Source: Utricularia gibba | Lineage: Eukaryota; Plantae; Magnoliophyta | Assembly: GCA_002189035.1 (NCBI GenBank) | Contig: NEEC01000017.1 | Span: 496,001 to 560,000, forward strand | DNA length: 64,000 nucleotides | Reading direction: 5' to 3' | Part shown: piece after piece, positions 47,702 through 60,898 of the stretch | How positions within the stretch are numbered: position 1 is the first letter of the stretch | Layout of the letters: each line of letters opens with the position of its first letter | Translations under genes and position numbers: made by a program | The notes under the pieces: generated by a model | Databases searched by the model: none | Seen by the model: only the letters and a program-made list of their open reading frames with translations | Told to the model about the DNA's origin: nothing

Positions 47702-48481
47702 ATGGAGTTCCATAATCAACCGCTGCATCTCGGCGGCGGCGAAACGTCGGTAAGTCAATATACCGGCGCCGATGACGCTTATTTGAACGGCGATTACGCG
47801 AATGTCAGCTTCCGGTCGTTGCTTACCTACGGTTCTCTAAATAAGGAAGAGGAGATGCTGGATTCGCTCGAGGTTCCGACAACAGAACCCTCGACCGTCG
47901 CGATTTACGACGTCAACGTTTCGCCATTCGATTACTTTGCTGTGGCGGTGCCGCCACGGCTCCACTATCACTTTCCGGTAACCGATTTCGTCTCCTGTAA
48001 GCTACCTCTGAAAAGAGCGGCGGTTGATTCACCCAACCTCCACTCCGAAACGACGTCGTTCAACCAGAAACGTCGAAAGCGGCAGACGCTGAGCGAGAAG
48101 GCGAAGTCCCTACATGATCTGCTTCCGTGGGGTCAGAAAATGGATATCGCGACGGTTCTCGAATCGGCGTACAAATACATCAGATTCCTCCAGGCGCAGA
48201 TTAGCGCGCTTCAATCGATGCCATCGGAGGCCTGCTACACCTCCCCGAACGCCGGATCAACCATCCTGTGTGGTAATCTGGGGTTGCTGAACAGGCAACA
48301 ACTCCTCCAGGCGGTTGTTAACTCACAGGTTTCTCAGGCGCAACTTTTCTCCAAAAGCTGCTGCGTTCACTCCGTTGAACAGGTCCTTGGTCTGATGAAC
48401 AACGCAGCCGCAGAGAGCGAGGGTCTGTACCAGGAAATGCTGTTCGGTTCTTGTTACAGTTCCGATCTCTTCTTCCCCTGA
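47702..48481 (+). CDS. bHLH transcription factor, bHLH117-like, intronless
   Basis: RRKRQTLSEK..LHDLLPWGQKMDIATVLESAYKYIRFLQAQISALQSMP plus the C-terminal GNLGLLNRQQLLQAVVNSQ...CCVHSVEQ motif. Confidence 0.88.
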   Translation: MEFHNQPLHLGGGETSVSQYTGADDAYLNGDYANVSFRSLLTYGSLNKEEEMLDSLEVPTTEPSTVAIYDVNVSPFDYFAVAVPPRLHYHFPVTDFVSCKLPLKRAAVDSPNLHSETTSFNQKRRKRQTLSEKAKSLHDLLPWGQKMDIATVLESAYKYIRFLQAQISALQSMPSEACYTSPNAGSTILCGNLGLLNRQQLLQAVVNSQVSQAQLFSKSCCVHSVEQVLGLMNNAAAESEGLYQEMLFGSCYSSDLFFP

Positions 48482-48875
48482 AACGCATCACGAATGGAGA
48501 GATGGCGTTTGAAGTGAATCTCGGTAGTGTTGCTCTCAACTGCGAATTCCCATGTTTTCAACAGTAAACATCAAACCAGATTTCCTGTGCATGAGTACAT
48601 CTTGAATTGGAATCACTTACCTAATTGGAATTTGAACATTACGCTTATTACAAAGTTTTTTTAAAATCACGATGATTAAAACCATGCTGTCTAAAGTCTG
48701 AGTAGTGGCAATATGATTTACTTTTGTTTCCAAAATTAGTAATTTATACCATATACTTTTATATTTATTTGCATATTTTGCTAGCTTTTCACATTTTAAT
48801 TGTACGCATACAATAAAACCTAAAAATTATGTTAATGTTAGATATTACCTGATATATGTATATTCAATTAATAAA

Positions 48876-51800
48876 TATTGAATTTCCATGAGATGTTTGA
48901 TGAAGCAGCTGTTGGCACCAACAAGTTGCAACCAAAATGGGGAAAAGTCTAAGGCCACGTTACCCAAGAAGGAGAAAGAGGAAGCAGGCTGGGCTCTTGA
49001 GGGTGAAATAAGAAGCGGGTTGGACTCCGAAAGCCCATGAGCTGGTCAAAATGTACAGAAAGTCCAACTCACCCATTGCACTCCTCCTACATCTTTCAAT
49101 GACAGCCTACATAAGTATAGGTATAGTTAATGGTCATTAAATCCTTTTATATAAAAGGAATAATCTTATGTAAATATTGCAATAGGTAATAACTAAAAAC
49201 CAATATTTTATTCATAATTATGTTCCCCTACAAATATCTTCTCTTGAGTATTAAGATTCAAGGAAATTTACACTTTGTTATGGTAAATCTAATATGAATC
49301 CAAGAAATACAAGCCTCCTTCATTTGTTACAATTCTTCAAACCAAAAATTCATATACATAAAAATCTGCATCTCTTGTCTATGACAATGAATATCACTCT
49401 TGCTCTTCCCACCTACGATGAAAAATATGCTTAAGAGTTTCGCACTTAATAGAAGAAAATGCGAAACTACTTTGGTGGGGTATAAATCGGTCAAAGATAA
49501 TCGGTCTCCAAAAAGGCTGCCGAAAGGAGTTTTGAAGGGATAATCGGTCTCCAGAGGGCTGACAACGACGGCCGTATGGCGCAAGCTGAAAAGCGTCCAA
49601 ATCATAGCAGAACGAGCGGCAATCATATGAAAAGTAAGGTCACAGTATCAGCACAAAAGGCAATCGACACCTGCAGAAAGGAGGATTTGGTTAGATCAGC
49701 CACCCTCCCAATAAATAGGAGAAGTTATGAAGAACAGCGCGGGGATTGAACCCGAAGTCTCCGGGCTTGTACCTTATTCCACCACCTCCGTCTGAAAAGG
49801 AATTCTTCCGGCGAGCTTCGACAGCTCTGTGGTTTTTTTCCGTCTTATGGCAGTTTCTACGTTAAAATCTCTGCCTACCCCGTTCCCATTAACCAAACCG
49901 AACAAAATCTCGATGACTCATCGAGAATGAACCCAATTTTTCCAATTAATTGTAAATGTAGGCTACATTTCGGTTTTCCCTCTTTGGTAGCCACATGCTA
50001 CATCAAAAAATTCACCTGAAGCTCTTGGCGAATCTACAACAAGTTGAGCTGCATACAAAGCCGACAGATGTTGGAGAAAAGGCATTCATTATTGGTTTTT
50101 CTAAAAACAACAAAATTGATAAAAAAAATATATGCCTACAAGCTGCCTACTCTTCAAGTCGCCTCCTTTGGCTCTCAAATTCAAGAAGAGACACCTACAT
50201 GTTGCTACTACAAGGTACCTATGCTTTGGAAAAATGATGATGGAATCCGACTACCACATGTATGCGTTCTATAATCAAAAGGAAGATATGGAGAAGATCT
50301 ACAATGTAAAAAAAGAAGGTGATGTCATAGGTTCACAAAAAATTGAGAGGAAAAAAAAAGAATTATTTATATCAATCTCTCTATTGACGGAATATCAAAG
50401 GTACTAGATAATGTAGCATTTAAAGTTATTGCAGAAGAGGAAACTGATATGGTTTACTCTTGGGCAGACATATTAACACTAAGAAAACATGCATAATTAC
50501 AGTCATATCCAATAAGAGAAATTGAACTTGGCTATTGAAGAGTGGTTGCACTAATCATATGACTTTTCTATATTTATTGGATATGCTCCTTTGATCTCTA
50601 GAAATATTCGTATTGTAGATGGAACAATCATATTGACTTTGAGACAAGGCATAGTAAAACTGGAGTCATTCACAAAGACCATCTATGTCAAAGATTTAAT
50701 TTATGTACCTATAGTGTCTCATAATCTGATTAGTCTAGGACAACTAGTGAGCAAGAAATTCTCTATTATATTAACTAAGGGCTCATGTATCATCTTTGAT
50801 CATGCAATAAACAAGATTATTAGGATACATATGTTGGATAGGGTATTTCCTCTCAATTTCTTAAGAGACAACTATGAAGCAAATCATATATGTCTCAGTG
50901 CAAGTTCTAAACAAAGCATACCGTTGTGGCATCAAAGATAGAGACATCACAATCAAATATCACTTATAAAAACTCTCAAGTCTAAGTTGATGTATAGAAT
51001 AGAATACCTTGCACTAGTGAAAGAAACTGTGAAATTTGTAAGTTGGAAAAATTGAGTAACTTACCTTTTGAAAGGAGTCATTGAATTTCCTCCACATTTC
51101 TAACGATCATCCATTTGGATGTCTGTGGACCAATAAATCCTATTACAAAAGATAAAAACAGATATTTTATACTATTCATTGACGACTATTCAAAGTTCGT
51201 ATAAATCTACTACATGAAAAACCAAAATTAGGTAATCTTTAAGTTCAAAATATTCAATTATGCAGTGTAAAATGAAAGTGGATGCAGAGTTAAATATATT
51301 TGTTCCGACGATGATGGAGAGTATGCATTGCATGAATTAAAGATGTTATGTGAGGAAAATGGATTACGCATCAGTTTATAGTACAGTATACTCTACAGAA
51401 AAATGGTGCAATACACAATCAAACAGTGTTAGACATAGTTTGATGTTTACTACTAGAAACGGGAGTACCTAAAAGGGAGAGACTGTGAATTCTATCGTAT
51501 ATCTACTAATTCTTATTCCCACTAGAGGCATTGATGAGTTCAAAATGTCTTATGAACTTAGGTTAGAAGGATTCCTACAATAGATTACTTGCAAATATTT
51601 GGGTGAATCCATTTTTGTCTTGTACCCAAGCCTCTAAAGAAGAAAGTTGGGTTAGAGAAGTCATATAGTATTTATGAGCTACATCATGACTTTAAAAGAA
51701 TATAGAATATCGTATCCCATTGAAGAAAAAATTATACTATATAGGCATATGAGTTTTGATGAAGTAGCCCTGGATTGGGTTTATGAACAAAGTACGCACA

Positions 51801-53361
51801 TTTTTAGTACCAGTAACATCCTTCTCAGCAAACATGTGCCTCAGATGGTTCCTGAATCGCACAAACCGAGTTATCTAGCCCTTATGTGATAGTCTAGTGC
51901 AATACATTTTGTGTAGCAAGAAATGAAACCGAAGAATGAAAACTCTAGGTCTAAAAATTTAAGCATACTGAGTTATACTATCTATGACTTCTTCGTACCT
52001 AAAAACCTGCCTACTCAACTTTCTAAATCTCAAAACAAACCTGTTGAAAATGTTGTTTCCCTTTGTAACACACCAATATCTGAAGGTGAGGGAAGTGGCA
52101 ATAACAACAATGATATTTTTAGTATTATATTTGAAAATACAAATCAAAAATAGGTGAAGAACATAAATGGAAACAAAGTGAATCTATCAAAAGAAAAAAA
52201 AATCAAGTCTCCCACATCTCAAAGTCAAGCCAATTCTACTAATTCTCAACAAATTACCCATCTACAAGAAGTTGAGAATGCAAATGAGGACATATCTTGG
52301 AATCTAGAGAGTGTCTTTGGCCAAGAGTATCTAAACAATATGAGAACAAAAGAATCCACTTCTGTTGAGGAATCTATTGGCACAATCAAAATTGAAGCAG
52401 GAACATGAACAAGCCCAAACTCCTAATCAATCACTTAATACAAATGGCATGAATGGTAAGAATTGAGACTTTGAAACTTATTTGTCTAAAGAAGAACCAA
52501 GGTATGGCATGGAAGAGGCCAATGAGATCAGCTCCTCATCAAATCTAGACCTAACAAAATTAGAAATCGATTCGGAATCACCAAACCCACCTGAATTTCT
52601 TTGAAAGTATCAAGTACATTCAAATAAAATTCCATGTGGTGAGAAACTACATCAAGTAGAAGTTAATCAAGTTCAAGCATATGTCAATCAAAAGACAAGT
52701 GGAATACATTTATCAAAACTGTTGTATCCCAAATAATTTCTTCAACTATGAGATAATTTGGGTCTGACACCTTTATTGACAATTCATGATGATATTGATG
52801 AAGCTCAACCAAGTTCTTTCATGAAAGATCTAAAGAATTCAAAGGCAGATAGATGTATTTCTTCTCTTGTAAATTTGCAAAATCAAACCCTAATTCAAAG
52901 GCTAAGTGAAGACAATTCAATCAAAGGAAGCTATAAACTACATACCTAAGTCCTTCCAAATCTTGACTACTTGCTTCATCACGAGGGGCTGTTGAATTCC
53001 CATGAGATGTCTAATGAAGCAGGTCTTCTCAACATGTACTAACCAAAATGAGGGAAAAGTCTTAAGCTGCAGGAAAATGAGAATGAGGAAGTGGGTTGGA
53101 TTCTAGAAGGTTCATGAGCTGTATGAAATCTACACAAGACGTAACTCACCCATTGCATTCTCGTATATGTTGCAACAGGAGCCTACACACAAGTATAGAT
53201 ATAGCCAATGGTCATTAAATATTTCTCTATAAAAAGAACAATTTTATGTAAATATTACAATGGGTAATAATCCAAAACAACATATTAACAAATATACAAT
53301 TTTGTTCCCTCACAAATATCTTATCTTGAGCATCAAGATTCAAGGAAATTTACACTCTTCA
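48876..53361 (+). mobile_element. Decayed Copia LTR element lacking RT/RNase H
   Basis: LTRs 48876-~49280 and 52990-53361 (3' LTR runs TG...CA after PPT GAGGGGC). Fragments of protease (LIYVP..SHNLISLGQL), LWHQR and integrase (IHLDVCGP, FIDDYS). No RT motifs found. Confidence 0.85.
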
Positions 53362-54430
53362 ATTTGATAGTCGACTTTTTTTATATCAAATTTTTTTTCC
53401 AAAAACAATTATTATGTTAGTTCATTATTATTATGCAATCAACAATCTTCTAAGGGGAGGTTGGGTATCACATCAATATGGAAAGAAATATAGCACTTCT
53501 TGCTAAATAATGGTAAAGATTTTCGATTGAAAAATGCATTATAGCAATATGAAGGAGACTTGTAGACTCAATTCATAAAGAGAGAGGAGGAATGAAGGCA
53601 GATAGAGGTACTCAATAGAAAATATTATGATCAAAGATTATAAGAGTGTGTATGTTTGTTTAATATAGAAAATTTATATTTAAAATTTGCACATAAGTCG
53701 TTGTTTGATTAACTAACATATATATCAATTTTATATATTTATATTTTGAGCATGTGGATGATATACATAAATGAGGAAACGGACTAATTATATCTATATT
53801 AGAGTACATTTTCTTATTTATACTCCTTTAAAAATTATTGCTATCTCTATTTTTACATATGAAACACTCTTATTATAATTGTGATTAAGGAGTTGGGTCA
53901 TCTAGATTATCTCTAGTATCAAGCGTGCAATGAAAAGTTAAGAATAAAGAAAAAATCAGATTTTGGTATGATAGACAGATATTAGAGACACTACTAATGA
54001 AAATATTTTTAAGGACTTAACAAATTATTATAAATAAATGAGCAATGGTTACTAAGATGGGAGAAATGAGGGATGACATGTAAGTGTAGAAAAGAACATG
54101 GATAACTTGGCTAAAAATCATAGAGTAACAAAATTCCAAATACTGCGTGAGCATTTGCAAGGAAGTGTTTTGAGTTTAGAAGATGATCTACCCATATAAA
54201 TATTAGAAATTGAAATTGTTAAATGGCATTGATCATTGTTACATGGCACTTGGACATGATAATGTGATGTGATATTTGAAGTTGAATGTGAGGATTACTC
54301 TAAAACAATAGAAAATTAGAAAGTACTCATCTTTTTAAATTTTTTTTAATAAAATTTGTATTATTTGTAATTCTTTTTAAAAATAAAATATTCTGATTTG
54401 ACAATAGTATGGGGAGTTGATATATCCAGT

Positions 54431-55678
54431 TCAATTCAGACTCCTGGTTCTTTCATCCATCTGAACACACAAACAGACGCGCATATCAGATGCTGCCTCA
54501 TTCCCCAGCCTCGAGATAAAAAGGTTTACCTTAATAATGGCGGTTGTCTTCTCTATGCAAAGCAGCCTCTCCTTGGACAATTTGATGCTCTGCAGGGCGC
54601 TGGTGAGGAAGTGCTGGTAGGCCTCCACTTCGAACGGTGAATGAATGTTTTCCAGATTAGGCTCATAGTACCTGATTCATCCATAGCAGAGCGCATTCAA
54701 CAAGATTGGGGCGAATACGATGCGAAATGGGTCTGTTTACCAAGCACTCACGCAGCCAAAACTACCTACCTCTAAGCTAAAACACAGGTATCAGTATTAC
54801 CTCATCTTCTCAAGGGCCTCGTCTCGTCTGCGGTTGAGCTTTTCTAGTCTCTCTTCAAGGTCCTGAGGCGGAATCGTGGATGTTATATCTTGGTGCATCG
54901 GAAGTCAGTCGCAAGGTCGATTTGAAAAGAGTTTTACCTGGATTCTGAAGTTGCAGCAGTAGGGGTGATACATGTCGAGGAAGACAAGAACAGAAAAGTT
55001 TTTACTTGATGAAATCTTTACAAGATGTATCTCAAGAAATGGAATTGTTTACTTTGCAATCTTGTCCAGCATTTGGCCCTCGTGCTTTAGCTGCCTGAGC
55101 TTTTCGGACAGCATCTACAATACGAGGAAAAGAAACGACAACATTGCATTATACTTGCCAGGGTTTGAATGGAACAAGCAGTAGCTTACATTTGTCTGAT
55201 CAATGCGCCTGAAAGAGGAAGAAAACCGAATCAGGGCTACGTTGATGTGAAGAATATGCAATTATTCGACGTCAGAATTAAGAAGAAAAATGATAATAAA
55301 AGAAAGCGCCGGCTGAGATCCCGGAAAACATGCGTACCCTCCTCGGAGTTCGTCGGGCCGATTGACGAATCGCAGAAAAATATCCTCAACTCTGCCCGGA
55401 AGAAAAAAGAACAAAAAGGATTTGAATCAGTCATGTTTTCTCTATGGTAAAGTAAAGGTAGCAAAATTTAAGTCGAGATCATGGACTCCAGAACCTTCCG
55501 TCGGTGGCGAAGGAGGAGAGGCGTCCGGCGGGGAGAACATCATGAGAGCGACGTCGGTGTCGCAGAGGACGGCGAGTTCCCGGGATTTCTTGAGAAGGCT
55601 GTCCTTGCGCTTGATGAAGGCGACTTGGCGGCTGGCAGGGTTTTCGATCTTCTGCAAGGCAAGCTTCTTCCTGCCCAT
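54431..55678 (-). CDS. MIKC*-type MADS-box transcription factor (AGL66/AGL104-like), about 8 exons; one apparent 1-nt deletion
   Basis: MADS exon, then VEDIFLRFVNRPDELRGG, a 19-nt exon, MLSEKLRQLKHEGQMLDKIA, a 7-nt exon, DLEERL..EKMR, YYEPNLENI..LSK. One base added at 55530-55533 gives FSPAGRLSSFATDGR ending at a GT donor. Confidence 0.85.
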
Positions 55679-56291
55679 CGCAGAGTGGTAGATGATGCTG
55701 GAATTGCTTGTGGCTCCTTTATAGTAGGAAAACGCACGAAGGGAGAATCCAGAGAGAGTAATTTTGCAAAAAGAGATTAAGCAAGTTTGCCGTTTCTAAG
55801 TTGTAGGTCATAAATGTAGAATCCAGACCATAGAATTCCAGGCATGAATTGCAGTTAATTGTTATAAGAGATATTTTTGTTGTAGATTTACCCATCTGGT
55901 ACAAATATGATTTTTTTTTTCTCATTAGGGTTTTATGATATGGAACTATGTATTTAAATTAAGAATTCAATGAGGTATACATGAAATCAAAATATACAAG
56001 AATCATAAATCATATTATAAAAAATTAAATCTAAATGATTATTATTGATTTACTATTTTTTATATAATATACTTAATTATTTCAATTTTAAATTTATATG
56101 TGGTATTGATTGTTGTAATAATATGAACAAGTGCAGAAGGCTTATTTTGTGTTGCTAAGACAGATTCGCACTAGGAACTAAACTGCAATGTGAATGGTAC
56201 AATGACATGGGTGCTTGAGAGTTCACTCCATCTTATTGTGGCGATGGCGAGCGATAGATAATCACCGATCACCGGCCAGTATGTTGCGGTT

Positions 56292-57055
56292 TCAGTTACC
56301 TCCTCCCGGCCCTCTGCCTCCACCCGGTCCTCCGCCATAACCTCCACCTTGGCTCCCTCGGCTCCCCCCAGGACGTCCTCCTCCGTATCCACTGCCGGGG
56401 CCTCCTCCACCTTGACGGCCTTGACCTCCTCCTCCGTATCCACTGCCGGGGCCTCCTCCGCCTTGGCCTTGACCTCCTCCTCCATATCCAGTTCCGGGGC
56501 CTCCTCCACCTTGATGGCCCTGACCTCCTCCTCCGTATCCTCCGCCGGGAACTCCCCCGCCTGGGCCTTGACCTCCTCCTCCATATCCGCTGCCGGGACC
56601 TCCTCCTCCGTAACCGCTGCCGGGGCCTCCTCCTCCGTATCCGCTGCCGGGCCTCCTCCCCCGTATCCACTGCCGGGTCCTCCTCCGCCTTGATGTCCTT
56701 GGCCTCCTCCCCCGTATCCACTGCCGGGTCCTCCTCCGCCTTGATGTCCTTGGCCTCCTCCTCCGTATCCACCGCCGGGTCCTCCTCCTCCATAACCACC
56801 GCCGGGACCTCCTCCTTCGTATCCACCACCGGGACCTCCCCCACCATACCCGCCACCCGGTCCTCGGCCGTGTCCTCCACCAGGGCCGCCCCAAGGCCCT
56901 CTGCCGTAACGCCCCCAAGGTCCTCGGCCGTAACGCCCCCAAGGTCCTCTGCCATAACCGCCACCCCACTGATCAACTTCATTTCCATAACATTGTAAGC
57001 ATAACGCGAAACACAGTAGTAGAAGCAACATTGGAGCTCCACGCCATAACCCCAT
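56292..57055 (-). CDS. Secreted glycine-rich cell-wall protein; one apparent 1-nt deletion
   Basis: Signal-peptide-like MGLWRGAPMLLLLLCFALCLQCYG followed by GPGSGYGGGG/GQGHQGGGG repeats. The frame switches at 56649-56651. Confidence 0.88.
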
Positions 57056-60000
57056 TCTTCCCCGACACACTTATCCAACCCCACAAAACAAAGCTCATCA
57101 ATACAGTGATATATAAAAGAAGAAGAAGAAGAAGCAGTACGCAATAATGCAAATCTACTCATATTTTGATTTTATCCAACGACGTGGACGCACATGCCCC
57201 ATCACAGTTGTTCGGCAGCGCCATTAAATGGTTGTGGCGCCAGCCTGAGTACAGCCTCTGCTATGCCTCATTCATATCAGCTATTAGTCACACACACCAC
57301 AGTTAATTCTAAAAAAACAACACCCCAAACCCAAAAACTACTTCGTATTCACAAGTTGCACTGGGTGGCCATCCATCGACTGCGACTCTACATAAGATGA
57401 CAAAGATTACGCGACATAATCGGCTGTTAGTGCTGTGACTGAAGGAGATCCCAAAGAAGAAGACGTCAACAAAACTTAATATTATTTTGTTGATCTGAAG
57501 TAAATAGATTCATATTAATCTGGACGATGTTTGCACTTCCCTTAATTAATGAATTTTCATGGCTTATTCACTGAATTGCCTCTTTCAAGTATGAATAGTT
57601 CCCACTCTTTTTTATTACATTTCCCACGCAACATCAAAGAGCATGGGTAAAAGACTTTGAAAGAAATGAAAGATCTTACATACTACAATAAGATAAGAAC
57701 TTGATGTTAGATATTAAGATTTGAAATTTGTCTCTCTTTATATATTTTTTGGAACTTAATGCATCTATTTATATGCAAAGAATGTATATGCTATTTCTAT
57801 AAAATGAACCATTCTTTTGGCCATATATGTTTGGTTTGTCATGACTATTAGATTTAGACTGTGTTTAATTAGGTATAGAAGGTTTATAGATTTATATATA
57901 TACCATTGTTTGATTAATTAATATATGTATACTAGTCTTATATGATTATACCACTTACATATGCATTTTTTTAGCATATAGATGGTATATACACATGAAG
58001 AAGAAACTAATTATATATATATACTACTTACAGACTAAAACTTTTATTTTTGAATATCAAATATTATATATAATTGAGTATATATATACAATTACACTAT
58101 AGTTAAACATACTAATATACTACTATCAAACGACCTTTTAGAGACTTAATGATTTCTAGCATGATTTCAAGTTTGGAGAGACTTCACTCGATTTGGAGCT
58201 ACCATAATCAAACCCAAATTATTAGAAGGGTTAGAATTCTCCTTCATACAAGAACTTTCTCAAGGATTTGCTTTCATGGTTACTTTGAATGGGTCAGCAC
58301 TTTCCAAGAATGGCAAAGCACCAAATTGATTTACTAAAAATGGGAGATAACATATTTTCTGGTAATTCTCTTTTACAGTTTACACTATTATGGAATGAGT
58401 TTGGGAGGATATTCACACCAAACTCTCACACCATTATTAAAGGAGAGGAAAAAAGTAAATCTAATTTTGTAATTAATAAAGATTTTATAACAGAAAAGAT
58501 GATTAAAAATATTTACTTATAAGAATAAAATTTGAATCATAGAAAAATCATACAATTATTGAAATTATTGAGTAGATAAACTATTCATTTTGTATTAGTT
58601 TAAATCCTCAAATATATTAATGTCACTTATTCGCAATCATTGATGGTTTATAAATTATATCTTTTCTACTTATTTCAATTATTTGATATATTTTGATTTT
58701 AAATCATCCAGAGTATAACATATGAAATGATTTTTATACTCTTTTTTATTTTTAATGACATAAAATTTAATGTGGTACACCTAACAAGTTCTATCATAAT
58801 TTTTATACTCCCCATCAGGTTGAAAAGGGAGAAGACTTGATTGTTTATCTTCGTTTATGGTTGTGTTATGATCATTCGAAGCTAAACAACCTAGTTTCTG
58901 AAAATTTTCTATGTCTTTGAACATATACTCTCAATTCTCACATTTCTTTTGAATTTCACATAGATTCATACGTACATATTGTACTTTTTTGTACAACATT
59001 TCTTAGTCAGACCTTATTAGTAACTAATTATTACATGAGAATTTTGATACAAGGTAAGGCAATTGATGCCAATTACTTTTACCTTAATGATCATTCAAGA
59101 GGGAGTAAGATAATTCCTATGTCTTTTGTTATATGAAAGTGTAAGAGAGCTTAGATTATTTCTATAACTAATCATTTGGAAAAAAAAAACCAGTCAGAGT
59201 CTTGCCCATTGAGAGGCTATGGCAAACCTTTGTGATGCGGTTACATGATGCAATTATGATGGTACGATGACCATCGTTGGTAGGTAATTCGAATAGAGAC
59301 AAGGAATGGAATATATTATATTCCTAAAATCATTCACCTTATTTAACATCTATCATTTAAGTTTTATTTCGTTTTTTTTATATTTCTTGAAAACTTTTTA
59401 TAAAATCATAAAAATTTAGTCATCTTTTTATAAAACATCAACTTTATTATGTTGACAATTATACTACGTTTTATTGTGTTTATGTTTTTCATTATTTGAA
59501 ATTTGTTGAACAAGCAATACTTAAGAAATTTTTGATGCTATTGCTGATGAGTTACTTGTTTTTGTGCGTGGTTTTATTTGTTTTTTTCCTTTCCTTTTCT
59601 TTTTTTTTTTATGTTTTCGTTTTCATGTTCTTAGTTCTATCAAAGGTTGATGAAAATCAACATCTTACCAAGAAATTTTTTATCCATTGAATCTGGAGAT
59701 TACATGCACATTTCTCACAAGAAAGAATGAACATATTTCTAAGAGTGAAGAAATGATCGTGCATATACTTGTTAGAGTCCTTAGAGTACAGGAAGAGCAA
59801 GAACAACACCATTGGGAAAATTTTCTATTTATACTGATTGATAACCATGTCTCCATAATAAGGACCATCAAGAAGGAAAAGCTGATCATCCACTTTGTTT
59901 CATCTTTGATGTAAAAGAGAACTACGAGGTATGTCTATGCCTATTCCAGATGCTTTTTAAGTTTGTTGATAAGGAGAATGACAAGCTAAATCAGCATCTT

Positions 60001-60809
60001 AGAAAATTGTACATCATTTATGTATTCATGCATCTCAAGAGAGCTATGGATCATGATGTCAAGTTGTGAGTCTTTTCGTTTAGTCTTATTGACGTAATTT
60101 TAGAGTAGGTATATGAACTATTACCATCTTCTATTACTCACTGAGATCAAATGGTTTGAAAATTGTTGAATTGTTATGCACCTTTTAGGAAGAGTATCCA
60201 TCGAAAGAAAAGCGTGGGCATTATGATGCAATGTGACATTAAAAATTTCCATTAATATGATAATTGTCTCAAAAGAATTTTGCACTCTATCCATAGCATA
60301 GATTCAGTAAAGATCAAATTCTATGGAACTTTTGTGAAGGATTGACATCTATTATTTGAAAATAAATGGATGTTGTTCATAAAAGATCATTACTAAAAAA
60401 CCATGATAGTATTAATGTGCTTATGCTGATTGAACAAATAGTTGTAATCTCTTTTTCCATTGTCAATCATTATGATAATTTATACACACTTCCTAAAAGA
60501 AATGTCAAATCTATAAAAGCAGTGGCAAACAATTTTGAAATTTTAGCTCAATTTACTACAATGAGCTATTGAGGATTGGTTCTCTAATCTCATTAATATG
60601 TGACTATTTGTTTATGGTCGTATGGAATATCTATACATTTTCATCTAGGGTCTTCACAATCCATCCATTATACCAAAAATTAATATTTTCTAAATTCCCA
60701 ACCTTCCACCATGAGATTGATGTCATAGATAATTCAAGTAGGCATCATTTCTTCCTCACACTTATGATATTCGATCATAACATCTTCATAAGATGGCATC
60801 ATCCATCAT

Positions 60810-60898
60810 TAGGGATGAAAGTTAAAGCCCAAGCCTGTGGGTTGGCCCGGCCCGGCCCTAAAAAACATCGGGCTTGAGCTTAAATATTGATGACCCTA
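60810..60898. mobile_element. Possible hAT (Ac/Ds-like) terminus remnant
   Basis: TAGGGATGAAA at 60810-60820 followed by GGCCCGGCCCGGCCC subterminal-like repeats. Only a 5-bp inverted match at 60894-60898 and no TSD. Confidence 0.3.

Noticed and set aside
687-56651. Programmed slippage or recoding as the explanation for the repeated G/C-run frameshifts
   Set aside because: The genes are unrelated, share no flanking signal or structure, and the pattern matches a known sequencing error mode. Kept only as a fallback if accurate reads confirm the deletions.
56296-57162. Acidic 288-aa ORF and + strand Ser/Ala-rich ORFs; repeat units resembling an array
   Set aside because: Alternate frames of the glycine-rich repeat. 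Units abut with no unique spacers, so this is not CRISPR-like.
57400-60800. Short ORFs in the AT-rich region as transposase remnants
   Set aside because: No catalytic or zinc-finger motifs could be read; the ORFs are low-complexity products of AT-rich DNA.
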